From contig NC_068984.1 of NCBI RefSeq assembly GCF_001194135.2, positions 108,352,207-108,416,206 on the forward strand: a stretch of 64,000 nucleotides of DNA, in the 5' to 3' direction. This DNA is from Octopus bimaculoides (lineage: Eukaryota). Position 1 is the stretch's first letter. Each line of letters starts with the position of its first letter. The notes beneath the pieces are model-generated. The model was not told the DNA's origin and ran no database searches. It saw only the letters and a list, made by a program, of their open reading frames with translations. A program made the translations under genes and the position numbers. This document shows positions 16,371 to 31,122 of this stretch, in pieces.

Positions 16371-16613
16371 CTGTGTGTGTGTGTGTGTGTGTGTAAAATT
16401 AGAAAGTGAAACAATAAGGACATAATTAACAAGGCATAACTTAATCTCATTACTTCCACATAATGGTAAAAACATTAAATAGCTAGAAAAATGAAATATT
16501 TGACACCTATCAAAATTGTGACATAACATTTACTAATGCAGGACTTCCTAAAACTTAAAGAAATGGGAAATAAAATTCAACTTTGAGACTAAATGAATAT
16601 ATGTAAGTTGTTA

Positions 16614-16850
<237 letters not shown>

Positions 16851-17157
16851 TCAGACCAATAAGCATAATTTAAGAAATATTTATTTCAACATGCAATAAA
16901 ACAACCCAAATAATAATATCAAACACTGATCAGAATTAATTAAAAAAAAAATCTGACATAAGTTGGCTTGTTTTACATTTTGTTTTTAATGACATCTTTA
17001 ATGACAGCCATTATTCGACCATATAAAACTGAACAAAGACTAAATGAAGCAATTAACTTTTAAAAGAAAATCTATTTTTGACATAAAATGTTCGCAAACA
17101 GCGTTAGAAACCAAATTAAGATGGAGATTATTTTGTAACGTTATTGTAGAAATATCA

Positions 17158-17200
<43 letters not shown>

Positions 17201-17208
17201 GAACATAC

Positions 17209-17298
17209 CTTCCAGAGGTGTTGCCTCGTCCATTACAAAACCATTTCTTTGTGGTATTGCAGTACACAACACAGGCAGGATCATGAATTCCACAGTAC
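17209..17298 (-). CDS. UPF1: UPF1 coding exon 3 ([29 protein letters not shown]; CH domain)
   Basis: Acceptor ttctctag|, donor AG|GTATGT; near-identical to the UPF1 CH domain. Confidence 0.97.
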
Positions 17299-18249
17299 CT
17301 AGAGAAATATCGATTAATTATTTTAAAAACTGCTTTTCCTAACTCAACTGCATTAAATTTTCACACAATCTTTGCAAAACCAACTAGATTCTGTTTCTAT
17401 TTATCTTTTAAGCACAGAAATGTCAACTAGTGGTGCAGCTAATTTCTTGAAAGTCTATAAAAAAAATTAAAAAATCTATATTGACAATGACAGTGAACTT
17501 ACTACCATTTGAATAGGGAATCAATTTGGAATGTCAAACATTATTGTAGACATCATAACAAGAATTCAAGTATGAAAGAGGTTTAAAATAAGGTTGTGTA
17601 AGTTGATAAAACCCCTATTTAGCAAAAAAAGAATTTCCTTTCTTTAAAATAAGAACCCCCTTTGACAATGTCCAAAGTACATATAAAAGGTATTAGATAC
17701 CAAGGAAATGACTATGAACTGATGACAGCATGATTGGCCAGAAGGGCCAAGTATGTTTCCAACACCATAAGCAAGGCAAACCTGGAAAATGGGGGACCAA
17801 AATTTGGAAGTTGTGTGGGGAAAATACAAGGAAAAAAGGCAATTTAAGTCAGCATGACCTAAAAACGATGTGGTCTGGAAAATATTTCTGCCATACTGTA
17901 ACTAGAGCCATGTTATTTTCTGATCAGTTTTTCAGTTCAGTCAAATTTATGGTGGATTTAAAAGCTGTTGAAATTAAAAAATGCCATATTGAGGAGGGTG
18001 TGTGTGTGTGTGTGTGTGTGAAATAATTCAATGGCAGAAATTTGTTAGTAACTGCATACAGAAATAAGAGGCAAGTTAATTTTCTATCAACTTGTGCTCA
18101 AACCATATGTGGCTGAAAATAGCACACCATTTGCGAACCTGAATTATAACAGCTGCTTGGATAGTTATAGATCAGATAACTCAAATATTGTGCTATTATC
18201 TAGTTGGTAGACAAGAAAACAAGTTACGGCAATAACTGGTTTGGTAATG

Positions 18250-18250
<1 letters not shown>

Positions 18251-18325
<75 letters not shown>
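18251..18325. repeat. (TA)n microsatellite, representative of dozens of TA/CA/GA tracts
   Basis: Read directly. Confidence 0.95.
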
Positions 18326-18328
<3 letters not shown>

Positions 18329-18615
18329 TACTGTCAATGTGTGTTTACAATATATTAAATAAGGAGGAGCTCAAAAGCAATGTGACTATCTACAGTTCTG
18401 AGCAGAAGTAGTGGTGCAAATGAAGGTGGTGATGGTTAGGGGGAGGAAAAAAAAAAGGGCCAGGAATGCCAACATCTGAAAAGAAAGCTCTCATTGAATG
18501 GTTAACCAAAACTTCCCAATTTCGCAGTCTACAATGTTGAATTATGTAGAATGGGATGCTTTACAAGTTTCTACCACAGGAACATTAATTTGTGTGTGTG
18601 TGTGCGTAATAGGAA

Positions 18616-18973
18616 TTATTTTGGAAGAAGTTGAAAGAAACACAGTTTGAATGGATGATGCATCACAGAAATAACTGAGCGAAGAACAATTAGTTATGAA
18701 GATGGTCATATATTTAGTTGATCATGATGTTGTTACAATGATTCTAACTCGCACATGCAAAAAAACCCCCCAAAAAACATGAAACTAGAGAGTATTTTAC
18801 TGCGTAACATGTGTACACAAACAAATGATGTGACAACATTTTAATCTTATATTGTAATGACATTAAAATCAACTAAATAAATGGCTATCTTCGTAATTGT
18901 TCTTCACTCAGTTTCTCTGCATCATCATCATCATTCAAATTTCATTGTTACTTTTGATGTCTCTTCCAAATAA
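18616..18973. repeat. Degenerate inverted repeat / MITE-like element (arms about 130 bp)
   Basis: GATGATGC...AACTGAG(C/T)GAAGAACAATTA...GAAGAT..TCAT.TATTTAGTTGAT is present in inverted orientation on both sides. Confidence 0.7.
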
Positions 18974-21900
18974 AGCCATTACACACACACCATCATTTAA
19001 TGTGTTATTCATGTTGGCAATGGGTTGGACGGTTTGACCAGAGCTAGCAAGCTGCACCAGACTCCAGTCTGTTTTGGCATGGTCTCTACGGCTGGATGCC
19101 CTTCCTAATGCCAACCACTCCGAGGGTGCTTTTACGTGCCATCAGCACGGGTTTCATTTGTGTGACACTAGTATCTGCCATGACAGTGTTTTACTTGGCT
19201 TGATGGGTCTTCAAGCACAGCATAATGCCAAATGGACTTGGTCATTGCCTCTGTGAGGTCCAACGCTCGAAGCCTAGAATAATACCAAATGGTTTCAGTC
19301 CTTGCCTCCGTGAGGCCCAACACTCAAAAGGTGCTTTTATGTACCACCGGCACAGGTGCCATTTTACTTAGCTTGATGGGTCTTCTTCTCAAGCACAATA
19401 TAATGCCAAAGGTCTTGGCCATTGCCTCTGTGAGGCCCAATATTTGAAAGATCAGTCTCAGTCCTTGCCACACATATAAAATTTGATTTTATAAAACTTT
19501 TTAAAATCTAACTTGGTTTTGTTTAATGTGCGACTTATCTTAATGTACTTGTGACAAATTTTCATTTATTTATATTTGTGAATCATTGTGTGTTTGTTTG
19601 TGTGAATATTTCATTTTGTTATTGCTGTTGTATGAAACTATTTCATTTGTTTTCTTTCAACATAGATTCCAGTTTGTTTGCTTTTTTTTTTGTTCTATTT
19701 TACTTTTATGGTACATCGTTTCATACACATTCAATAACAAATAATTCTTCTATACTAAAATTCTGTTGCATATCCAGCTGAGTATTAGCATATAACTCAT
19801 TTTCTGGACTGTGGCCATGCTAGGGCACTATCTGAACAGTTTTCCAGTCAAGCAAGTCAGTTTCAGTACTTTTTATTATTTTTTTTATAAAGTCTGCAAT
19901 TTATTCTATCATTCTCTGTTGTCCAACTGCTAAGTAATAGGTACATATACAAACCAACACCAGCTGTCTGGGGAAAGGGGCACTGATACACACACATACA
20001 CACACACAGTTTCAAACTGTCAAATTCACTCACAAGGCATTGGTTAGTCTAGGGGCTGTAGAAGATGCCCAAGGTACCACAGTGGGGCAGTACCTGAAAT
20101 CATGTGGTTGCAAATCGAATTTCTTAACTACACAGCCATGCCTGTTTAAATTACTTTACATTTTGCTAAATTTAACTGTATTACAGGTAAATTGTATATA
20201 CCTGTAATTAGATTCACTTTGAGGGAAAAATTATGTAACAGATTTTTTAAGAAAACTTTTGTTACGATGTGTTCCAAAAACTATTTACATGTCAATAATT
20301 TTTTTTTTTAATTTATGAAACTTGTCAAAATTCAGGATTATTTTAGCATTTAACTGAAACATAGAATGTATTTTAGTTGGAAATATAGTAATGAAAGGGT
20401 TAAATACCATTTGAGGAATTTTTAGCAAATTTCACATTAATTTAATATTAAACTGGTTTACTTTTCTCAACACAGTAATAAATATGCAGCCAACACCTAG
20501 CCAGAGGTGAAGATTGCATTTTATAATGACTAAATACAAAACTAAAATTATTTTTAAAGATAACTGTAGCAGGCAAAAACTAAGATCATTTTTGAGCGTA
20601 GTGCTAAAAAATACATTAACAAAATATTCAAATAAAACATATGTTAGAGATAATATAAATTATCCTTTTCAGATTTTGATGCAAAGCATTATGCTATGAT
20701 TATAATGTGTAATAATACACACATAGCAGATGCAGTTTGGTAGAATGGTTTAGTCTGCTTCAACCACAAAGCCAGAGGTTTGACTCCACTGTGTTGGGGT
20801 GACCAATGCCTTGCAAGTGAAATTGAGTAGACAGAACCTGTATAGATGGCTGCCAGATGGAGTGAACTTGTAATTCAAAAGGTAGGCCTTGTCACACACT
20901 GTCATGTTGCATCTGCCTAAAAATTATGTTAAGGATACATGTGTTTGTGGAATGACAACTGGATGCCCATCCTGTCAATAAACTTCACCTGTTTCCAAGT
21001 AAGGTAATATTGCCCCATGGCCAGACATATTTTAACAAAAGATTGAAAACAAAGGATACTTGTATGAAGGTAATGGTCATTTATAACTATCTCATGTCAA
21101 GACAAGGAGACAATAAGACACACACATAAACATACAAGACTTCAGTTTCCATTTACCAAAGGGTTTGGACTGCCTGGGGTTATAGCAAAAAATGCTTGCC
21201 CATGTACCATACAATGGAACTGAACTAGAAACAGAAGTTCCAATTGCAAATATCATAAATTCCTAAAATGCTTACATAGAAGGAATAAAAAATATGCAAC
21301 AGATAACAGATTACAGCATTTACTAAATATTCTAACAAATGAAGTAACACAAATTAAAACGATGCTTTGAGAATTAGTTAAAACTACAAAAACATTCTGA
21401 AAATTTTTCAAACACAGAAGAGATAGTTTAAAAAAATTCTATATCTGTTTCTTCTTATACAATAATTGTCTCAACTCTTTAGAATCTTGTAGTGTTTTGT
21501 CTATATAAATCTCAATCCTGTTAAATACAAGGTTTTGATGAAATACAGTTAATTCAGCATAAGAAACATAAAAAGCATAAAATTGCTTGAATTTGGATGA
21601 AACTTACTGGTATGATGTAATAATTGCAAAAGTGGCCTTCACTTGTCATACCACTTTCACCTGTCCAGATAAGCTGAATACAGGTAAGTTGATCACGACA
21701 TGTAGGTGTTTTTACATACACTTGCAAGCTATAACTTTCTGGTTATTGATTTATTGTCCAAAAGCTGAATGTGTGTTTCAGTAGTTTCTGAAACTTGGAA
21801 GCTACAAAACTAGCATCAGAAAAAAGGATTCACAAATATGCCTTTATCTGCTCTGATGCCCTGCTGAAGTGTTTACCATGTAACCCCATTGTTCAATCTG

Positions 21901-23418
21901 ACAAACATTTCTTCAGGAAAAAGTTGGAGAAAATACTCAACAGGCTTTCATTCTATGTTCAAAGGCTTTGTCTGGTCTATATCACTAATGGAAACACTGA
22001 TGCAAAGATCAACTACATGATCACACCACAGCTGCCAAAAAAACCAATTAGTCCCAATATCACTAAGATCACAGGTGTATAGAGATGACATAGAAATATC
22101 ATTCATTTTCTCTAAGTTCAAGACTTCTCTCTATTTAAATCATTAATAAATGATAAATTAACAAACTGTGGTTCTAGCACAGAAATGTGCTTCACTATCA
22201 TTTTAATATCCACTTTTCCATGCTCACATGAGCTTGACAGAATTTGTTGAGGATGATTTTCCAGAGCTGGATGCCTTTCCTGTTACCAACCGTCATCTGT
22301 TTCCAAGAAAGGTAACATTTTCCCATGACCAGACATTTTCGCAAAATACTGGAAATAAAGGACACTGCTTAGATTATGATGACACTCATTACAACTACCT
22401 CATGGTGCCAAGATAAGAGACAGTAGTGCACACACATCATCATCATTCAATGACCATGTTCCAGGCTGGAATGGGCTGGAACTAACATGTTCAAAGATTG
22501 GATTATTCTCCAATGTCTGCTTTGGCATGGTTTCTATAGCTGGATGTTTTTTCTAGTACTAACCACTTTCCAGCGTGGACTGGATGCTTTTTTTCATGCC
22601 ACCTACCCCATTGAGGTTGGTATGCAGTCAGGAGGACTACAAACACTTGGGGTGGTAGTGGGAGACAAGGGGGGGTCAACTTCATGCAAGGAGATGAAGG
22701 GATTACTATGAGAAGGAAAGGAGAGAGTAAGTTCTTGAGGGATCTGCGTAGCGACTCATATCTAGTAAAGGAAACGGGGGAGGGAAAAAGATAAAATGAT
22801 TTGTAGAAGCTGCAAGAGATATATACATACACACATGAGTTTCTTTCAGTTTGTCTAGCAAATCCACTCAAAAGGGATGGTCAGTCTAGCGCTATTGTTA
22901 AAGACACTTGCCCAAAGTTTCAAGCAGTGAAAGTGAACCTGAAACCCATACAGCCACAGTTTAGTTCCTATTTTTCAAACCCGAACAACACCATTTCAAT
23001 TCAGATTACAAGTGGCTCAAAACTAAACAGTTACAGTTACTTGCAATACAAAACTTTAAAAGTTAAGCAGCAAAGGAAACAACTCTATAATCAAGAATGG
23101 AGAAGAGTTGGGTAAAATCCTGCAATACTATACACTTGCTTTTATTTAGCACTGTCAGTCCTGATTCTGCTGACTTACAGTAAAAGACATTCAAACCTGG
23201 ACCATCCAAAATACTTTTTCAGGCAATGTACTTTGCACTCCCATTATCCAGGTGTACTTTCCCTTTTTAACCCTGTTGATACTAATCCGCCTGAAACAAC
23301 CCTTTGTTCTATGATAGAAGATTTCTGCCTTAAAGTGATTTAAATAAAAGCCTTCCAGTAAAAATTTTATTAGTTTATGCTTTAACACTTTTGTTACTAT
23401 ATTTATAACAAACATACT

Positions 23419-23678
23419 ACTGGTTCTTGTGTGGGTGGCACATAAACTACACCATTTTGAGCGTGGCCGTTGCCAGTACCACCTGACTGGCCTTCGTGCC
23501 GGTGGCACGTAAAAGCACCCACTACACTCTCGGAGTGATTGGCGTTAGGAAGGGCATCCAGCTGTAGAAACTCTGCCATATCAGATTGGAGCCTGGTGTA
23601 GCCATCTGGTTTCACCAGTCCTCAGTCAAATCGTCCAACCCATGCTAGCATGGAAAGCGGACGTTAAACGATGATGAT
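23419..23678 (+). mobile_element. Retroposon family B (core AGGAAGGGCATCCAGCTGTAGAAA, tail GGACGTTAAACGATGATGAT), young copy
   Basis: Many related copies (about 6560, 10004, 10420, 19000, 22440, 45168); a simple-repeat 3' tail indicates retroposition. Confidence 0.75.
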
Positions 23679-24129
23679 ACTTGTTTTTTTTTAATTATAT
23701 TTGAAAATAATGAAGAATATATTAAAATAACTATCATTATTAAGCAATTGTTTGAAATCTGAATTTACATGAAATTTTGATGGTAGGTTTTAATTGAGAT
23801 CACCTTGAAACAGGGAATTTAAATGAACCAAGGGTGGTTTTAGGTAGGTTAGTATTGAGAGGGTTAAACGCCAGCTTGATCATAAGAGAAGTTATTTTAA
23901 TAATTATTATTTTCAAAATTAATTTTTAAAAAAGCAGTGTATTTCAATAGAAATATGGTAACCAAAAAGTTAAGATATTAGGATGTGGTGTGACTGCTAA
24001 TTTTAGCAGGAGTTGGGCAACAGATTGGAACACTCAATTTCAACTAAACAGGACCACTTAAGTATTCAAGGAAGAGGAATAAGCAACTAAGGAAATTAAA
24101 CAGTTTAAGATAAAAAGACGAATACTCAC

Positions 24130-24269
24130 GCGCAAGCATGCTTTGGTAAGTCCTTCATATAAAACTGTTCTTCCTCATCTTCTTCAAAATTGAGCTCACC
24201 AACACCTTGGTTGATTGCTCCCACGTTTTTATCCAGTCCATTCTGAAATGGTCCTTCAAGAACATCAAT
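24130..24269 (-). CDS. UPF1: UPF1 coding exon 2 (IDVLEGPFQNG...ELNFEEDEEEQFYMKDLPKHAC)
   Basis: Missing from the ORF track and found by reading. Acceptor tttttatag|, donor GC|GTGAGT; conserved LNFEEDEE...DLP.HAC motif. Confidence 0.95.
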
Positions 24270-25817
24270 CTATAAAAAAGAAGAAATTGCTTCATTAAAT
24301 TCAGGAGAAAGCCATCAAATATTTGTACCTAATAACAAAGTGCATGAGCTGAGATCAGACATATGTACAAAAGAAAAGATTTGTTTATGCATTTCCCCAA
24401 AAATATTAGCAATTGGGTCATTGTACAGTAAGAAAGAGCCAATACTCCATGGAGTTAGACATTTTTCAAAATGGTCAGTTTAGCTTCCTCTTTCTTGGTT
24501 TCATTATTTCACAATGTGTCCATGCTGACACAGAAAACATACAGTATAAATGTTCTACTATAGCTTAACATTTAACTGTGAAGAAGAAATGAATTCCAGT
24601 TTGGCATCCAAGCAAACTGAAGCAAACAGAGATAGGCATTTTACTAAGGATTCCATTATAATCATTAAAGTCAAGGATTATAGTGTAACACTCACAGTCA
24701 TTATGCCTCTATCTAGATAACTATAGTCTATGGCCAACCAATGCCATGTGAGTGAATCTGATAGATGGAAACTGTGCAGAAGGGTGGCATACATAAGTTA
24801 CAAAGGATTTTGAAATCCAGAAAATTACTTCAAGCAGCAGTCCTGAAAACAGTGGCTACCAGAATGTAATGGAAGGAAAATTTGTTCAGTAGAAAGAAAC
24901 ATTAGTTTCACACAACATTAGTGAAACAATGATAAACCATGGAATAGACATAAGACTAACTCCATTCTTCACTTGTTTTCATATAAACGAAAAGAACGTG
25001 GGTATAACTTGGTACTCCTTTATTCCAGTTGGTACATATGTCTCAGTATTCAGCATGCAACTTCTAGGGCCAGAGTGGAGCAAACACAAAGTCAGATAAT
25101 CAAGAAAGAAAGACAAGTTAAAGATAAACAGCAACCAAATTTAAAAACACTGTAGGCACATGTCAGAGGAGAAGGGCGGATCGAGGAGGTAATGTAGGTC
25201 AAATCAACTGACATAACCTGAGTGGAATGATGTCTGTAAGGGTAGGGGTTTAGGTTGCCTTTATACGACCACATGAGGGGAGAGAAATAATAGCTGGTAA
25301 GATAAAAGGGTACAATAAACCTCTAAGAGTTGACACTGTCAGAGTCTCTCCCAAAATGTCCAGTTAGTAACCAACCCACTACACCCATGTGTGCATGAAC
25401 ATATGCTTACATACACATGATTAACATTAGAGCTGAAATTTATGTGATTTAATTGTCATGCACTGAGCACATCCAATCATTATACACACACACACACACA
25501 CATATATACACACACACACACACATACATACATACATGTCTGGTTAAGAAGCTTGCGCCCAACCTTGTGGTTTTAGGTTCAGTCCTTTCAATCCCAGTAC
25601 ACAGCATCTCAAATGTCTTCTACTGTAGCTTTGTGAGAGGATCAGGTAGACAGCAATTGAAAGAGCACCATCATATACATATCTAGTTGTTGCACACAAT
25701 GATGGCAAGATTGCAGANNNNNNNNNNNNNNNNNNNNNNNNNNNNNNNNNNNNNNNNNNNNNNNNNNNNNNNNNNNNNNNNNNNNNNNNNNNNNNNNNNN
25801 NNNNNNNNNNNNNNNNN

Positions 25818-27100
25818 TGAAAACGACCAAATGAGATTTATTTTCCAACAAAGTCTTTCCTGCAGTCGACATACTTATTCCATTGGTGTTGCAATGTTTG
25901 GATACCATTGGTGAAAAAAGCTCTCATCCTGTTGGTCAAAGAAGTTTTCAACAGCAGATATGTCATCATCACTGCGATACTGGTTCCCAGCCAAGTGTTT
26001 TTTCATGTTGAGGAACAGATGACAGCCAGATGAGACTAAATCAGGAGAATAAGGAGAGTGATCAACCAGTTCAAGTCCATAATCCTGCACAGCAGCCATT
26101 GAAACCAAGAACTTGAGTGCCAGAGCATTGTCCTTAAGAAAGAAAACCTCTATCATCAGTTTTCCTGGGTGTTTGGTCTTGATAGCCTTTCGTAACCACC
26201 TCAGCAAGTTGGCATAGTACTTTCTATTGATATGTGGCCCTTTTGAAAATAGTCAACAAACAATGCCTTTTGTATCTGAAAAGGTAGAGGCCATCAACTT
26301 CCTTGCAGATGAAATGACCTTTGCTTTCTTTGGATCAGGTGAGAAGGGGCGTTTCCACTGCATGGATCTGCCTCAATGTGCAACTTTCCTGGTATGCTTT
26401 GATCAAGTGTCAGAAGATGTGGCACCCACTGAGCAGAAGTCTTCATCGTGTCACATTCATTGCACAGAATATTCTCAACTCTCTCACAGAATATGCTAAT
26501 AGCACTAGCTATTTGACTTATAGTCAGCTGCTTGCCATCCCTCAGCATGCAGTGAACACGATCAATGATATCCTTGGTGGTAGCAGTTGCTGGACACCCA
26601 GACCTTGGGTCATCTTCAAAACTCTCTCTTCCCCCCACAAAATTCAACTGCCCACTTTTGCACTTTCTTTTTTTTTTTTTACTTGTTTCAGTCATTTGAC
26701 TGTGGCCATGCTGGAGCACCGCCTTTAGTCGAGTAAATCAACCCCAGGACTTATTCTTTGTAAGCCTAGTACTTATTCTATCAGTTGTCTTTTGCCGGAC
26801 CGCTAAGTTACGGGGACGTAAACACACTAACATCGGTTGTCAAGCGATGTTGGTGGGGGGACACATATACATATATACGACGGGCTTCTGTTGATAAAGC
26901 TGAAGTATCATCCCTTAATGTAGCAACCGTATCAGCATGACTGTCCTTGGGGGCTAAGCCCTTTTCCTGCAGGTACTTGATAACACCACAATGCCAAATT
27001 TTGTTCATTTTCAAGAGCATTTTCTACTAGTTACTTTTGAAGTCTTCTTTGAACAACCAAATGTCAGTTTAGATGGAAAGAAAACGCAGCTATTAATAAG
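25818..27100 (-). mobile_element. Mariner transposase relic interrupted by a SINE (26676-26885)
   Basis: N-terminal VIKYLQEKGLAPKDSHAD; FEDDPRSG and WVPHLL; C-terminal HSPYSPDL motif; frameshifted. Confidence 0.85.
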
Positions 27101-27251
27101 ATATGTATTTAATGCATGCAATATTTCACAGCTCTAGCATCACTCCTCCATAGTCAGCCTACCCTTATGTGTCAGTCCCTCTCTCTGGAGGTATGTGTGT
27201 GTGTGTGTGTATATACACACACACACACACATATATATATACACATATACA

Positions 27252-27283
<32 letters not shown>

Positions 27284-27293
27284 NNNNNNNNNN

Positions 27294-28094
27294 ATTTGGT
27301 TTGGGGTTAAAAGTTCAAAGAGGACTAAACCTTTCATATCCCACCAAATAGATAACAACACCTTACATGGGTGAAGGCCTTCTTTAGCCTGGGGTGCCGG
27401 TGTTTCTCCTTTCCCTACCCACTGTCTTCAGTGCTTGACATTTCTATAGAGAACCCATTTCTCCTCACTAGTCACTATTCGATCCAAAAAAGGTTTATTC
27501 AGGAGACATGACAGCAAAAAAGAGCACACATTCACTCTCTACGTGTCATTAGACCCAAAAAGTTTGTGAGGAAGCCACTGATACAATTTGCTGACTTTTC
27601 CGATGGCACACAGGTGTCGATGAATGGTTGAATAACCAAATCCAAACTTCTCTGCTAGTTCCTTAACAGTTACAATGGGATTTTCTTTCACCAGGGTTTG
27701 CAGGATGTCCTCGTTGAGCTCGACAGATCTTCCAGGATGAGGCTCATCTTCAAGGCTGTAGCATCTAGCTCTGAATTTCTGGAACCACTGTTGACACTGG
27801 GTTATGCTTATTGTCCAATCCCCATATACTGCATTAATATTCCTCGCACTTTCCATTGCGCTGTTGCATTCAAACCCAAAGCAAAATATGCCAAATATGT
27901 TCCTTTGTCATTTCCATTACAGCCTTGAAAATACAACTTAAAATCGAACTCTCTTCAAAACTTGCACTAAGAATAAGTACAAGGTAAATTTAATACCTGC
28001 TTTTATAGCAATTTGATGCAGGTAGTTTATCCTGACCTTCTCCGACTTAGCTCATGCAATTGAAAAAAATCACATTATTTACAGGTTGACCTAA
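27294..28094 (-). mobile_element. Second, distinct mariner element, 3'-truncated at the gap/microsatellite
   Basis: LEDEPHPGRS, WLPHKL, RIVTSEEKWVLY and IWWDMKG motifs; terminus TTAGGTCAACCTGTAAATAATG flanked by TA at 28095-28096. Confidence 0.85.
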
Positions 28095-28166
28095 TATATA
28101 CATATATGACAGCGACACTCATTTACTATCACACAGTGTCAATACAAGAGAAGATATACACAAGCA

Positions 28167-28238
<72 letters not shown>

Positions 28239-31122
28239 GTGATGTAAGCATCTTTCAGTTTTTGCCTACAAAGTCCATTCACAAGACATTAGTCTGGGGC
28301 TACTGTAGTTTGTATGTGTGTGTGTGTAGATAGATAGATAGATGTATATAAAAATAAAGGAATAATGTCAAGACAAGGAGACACAGATACAAATGAGTAA
28401 ACAAACAAGAAAATAGCACTCACCACATTAGATGGAGTTAACATGCATTTAGTAACAGTTTGACTCAGCTCATATATAAACACACACACACACACAAACT
28501 TTTTCGTTTCCATCTACCAAATATACTCAAGGCTTTGGTTGATCTGGAGCTAAAGTAGATATTTGTACTAGGCTCCATACAACAGAATTGAGTAGAAAAT
28601 GTGGTTGGGAAAGCAAGCTTCTAAGCACAGCCATACTTGTACTTATGGAAGTAAAATAACCAAGTAGACAAGAACGTTGTCAGTCTTGAATTTTAACTGT
28701 TGCAACAATTTCATTTCATAATTGGACAATGATCCAAGACACCGACACACCAGAGTTTTATCCTTAATCTTTTAGCATTTAAACCTATCATAACCGACCC
28801 AAATATTCTACCTGTTCTCAACCATTTTTTTTATCTATGGACGCCTTTGCTTACTATTTTATTCTGGTGGATCCTCACAGCCGTTTGATATTTAAAAACT
28901 AGAAACTTCTCTCAAAATACCTATTTTGTTTTTCACACATAACTTGTGTGGGTTGAACTATATAAAATGTTAGAGAAAGAAGTCTAGCTGTTTTTTGCAA
29001 TACATATATCTGAAGCAAAAATTTTTTTCAGAGACCCTTAAAATACTATTGTGGATTCCCAATTTAATTTCTTGTTACATGGACCCTGACTGAGAACCAC
29101 TGTGTTGAAAAAAAAAAAAACTTTGGGCCTAACCTACAGTCATCAAAATATTTTTACTTAAAGCTTTATCATCCTCTTGACATGGAAAAATTTCAGTTAC
29201 CACTAATTACAGAATCTTCACTAATGTCAGAAATGCTATCTGTAGGCAGTCCCACAAAGTCCACTTGAATTTTGCATATGAGGTTGAACAACTTCATGGG
29301 TTTCAACATCAACACTTGGTTTCACATTCCACTATCTGAAGTCCCAGCTCTGAAATCTGATGTATTTAGCCCTTTAGCATTCAAACCAACCATATCAAGC
29401 CCAAATATTCTACCTGTTTTATATTCAAAACTGGCTAGATCATACCTCTCACAACTACCCTGCAATGTCATTCTAAAAGTGAACAAATACGTAAAAATCT
29501 CAAAGCCACAAGATACTATATGATTAATTCAAAACAATCTAAATAAATAAGCTATATATTTGACAGACCAATCTGAATGCTAAAGGGTCAATTCATCTTC
29601 AAGCTCTGAGTTGCTCAAAACATTACTTATCTGACAACATTTGATTTAACTTGTCTGAATTGTAGGAGTTTTGCTTCTTTCAAGCAGGCTGTTCCCACAA
29701 GGCAGTGGACAATGCCATTTTGAAAAATGATAAATGAATTAAAAAAATACATTTGAATCCAAATATAAACGCAGGCTAAAATTGTTATTGCAACTTGGTC
29801 TAAGTTGATAAAAATTGCTATTGAAATGTTTATGGCAGTAGCCATCTCCAATAGATATTTAAAAAAAAAAAAAAGTAAACAGTCTTAACTCAGACAGAAA
29901 AACAGCATATGTGTCGCCATGGCAGTAATTCAATAAATGACATATGTTGTTGAAGCAATTATTCAATAGATAGTATGTTATTTCTGCCACAGCAGCTAAA
30001 GTGTTAATATAATATGCAGGTATCAAGACTGAGAAATCCAAATTTTGATAAATCCACCTAGGGATTTGTCCCACTAACATAACTGCAGAAACATTTAATT
30101 TACACACACACACACACACTCATATACAGAATTGTTTTAGTTTCTATGAACATTTTTGTGATAGTGTTGATTTTCATACAGACTCATTACACTTGCTACA
30201 TAAACTACTTAAAGTGCAGATTTCTATTTAAAGATTTTATAAACACGATTCATTACTGCTGTAACTATACACACAGTTTTTGCAATGGCAGAAAATGTAT
30301 AATCAGGGTAAGTATTACATTCAAAACTAAAATCAATGTGAACAGCATATGTACATAAGGTAACAACTTTATACATTATTAAGCAGAGTTTCTGGCCAGT
30401 TGGCTGATCACATGTAACATTTCTAGATCTGAAACTTTCCACCTTGATACTTCAGTGTAAACTGAAAATGTAGGTAGAATTCAGTGTCACTGCAGTGAAT
30501 TAGAATCAGCTGACAAGGAGCAGGTGTAACCGTGTGATTTAGCTTGCTTCTCAACCACATTGTATCAGGTTTAGTCCCCATTGTGTGGCACCTTGAGTGT
30601 CTTCTATGGAGTGTGCGTGTATTTGCTTCCTTGTCTTGATATTGCATGATTGTTGTAAATTAATAGTTCTCAGCAGCGGACCCATGTAACCCCTGGGGGT
30701 CCACGTAAACCCCCCCCCAGTAGTATATTAAGGGGTCTATAAAAAAATTTTGGTTTAGATGTATTGCAAGAAACAGCAAGATTTCTTTAACATTTTACAT
30801 AGGTTGACCTACAAAAGTGAATGTGTGTGTGTGACAAACAAAATAAGAATTTTGAAATAACTATTTGTAAAACTTGTTTTTAAACACTGGATGGCTATGG
30901 GAATCCACCAGAGTAAAATAGTAATCAAAGGAGTCCACAAGTAAAAAAAAAAAATAGTTGAGGACCACTGTTGTAAATGAATGTCATTCATTTCCAATAT
31001 TTCGCAGAAACAGACCTGGCCATGAGAAAATACTAGCTTGCTTGGAAACAGGTAGGGGTTGGCAAAAGGAAGGGCATCCAGCTGCAGAAAATCTGCCTCG
31101 ATAAACTCCACCCAACCAATGC

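Noticed and set aside
21587-22082. Protein-like ORFs (65 and 95 aa) in intron 2
   Set aside because: Possibly a very old transposase, but I recognised no diagnostic motif, so I cannot support a call.
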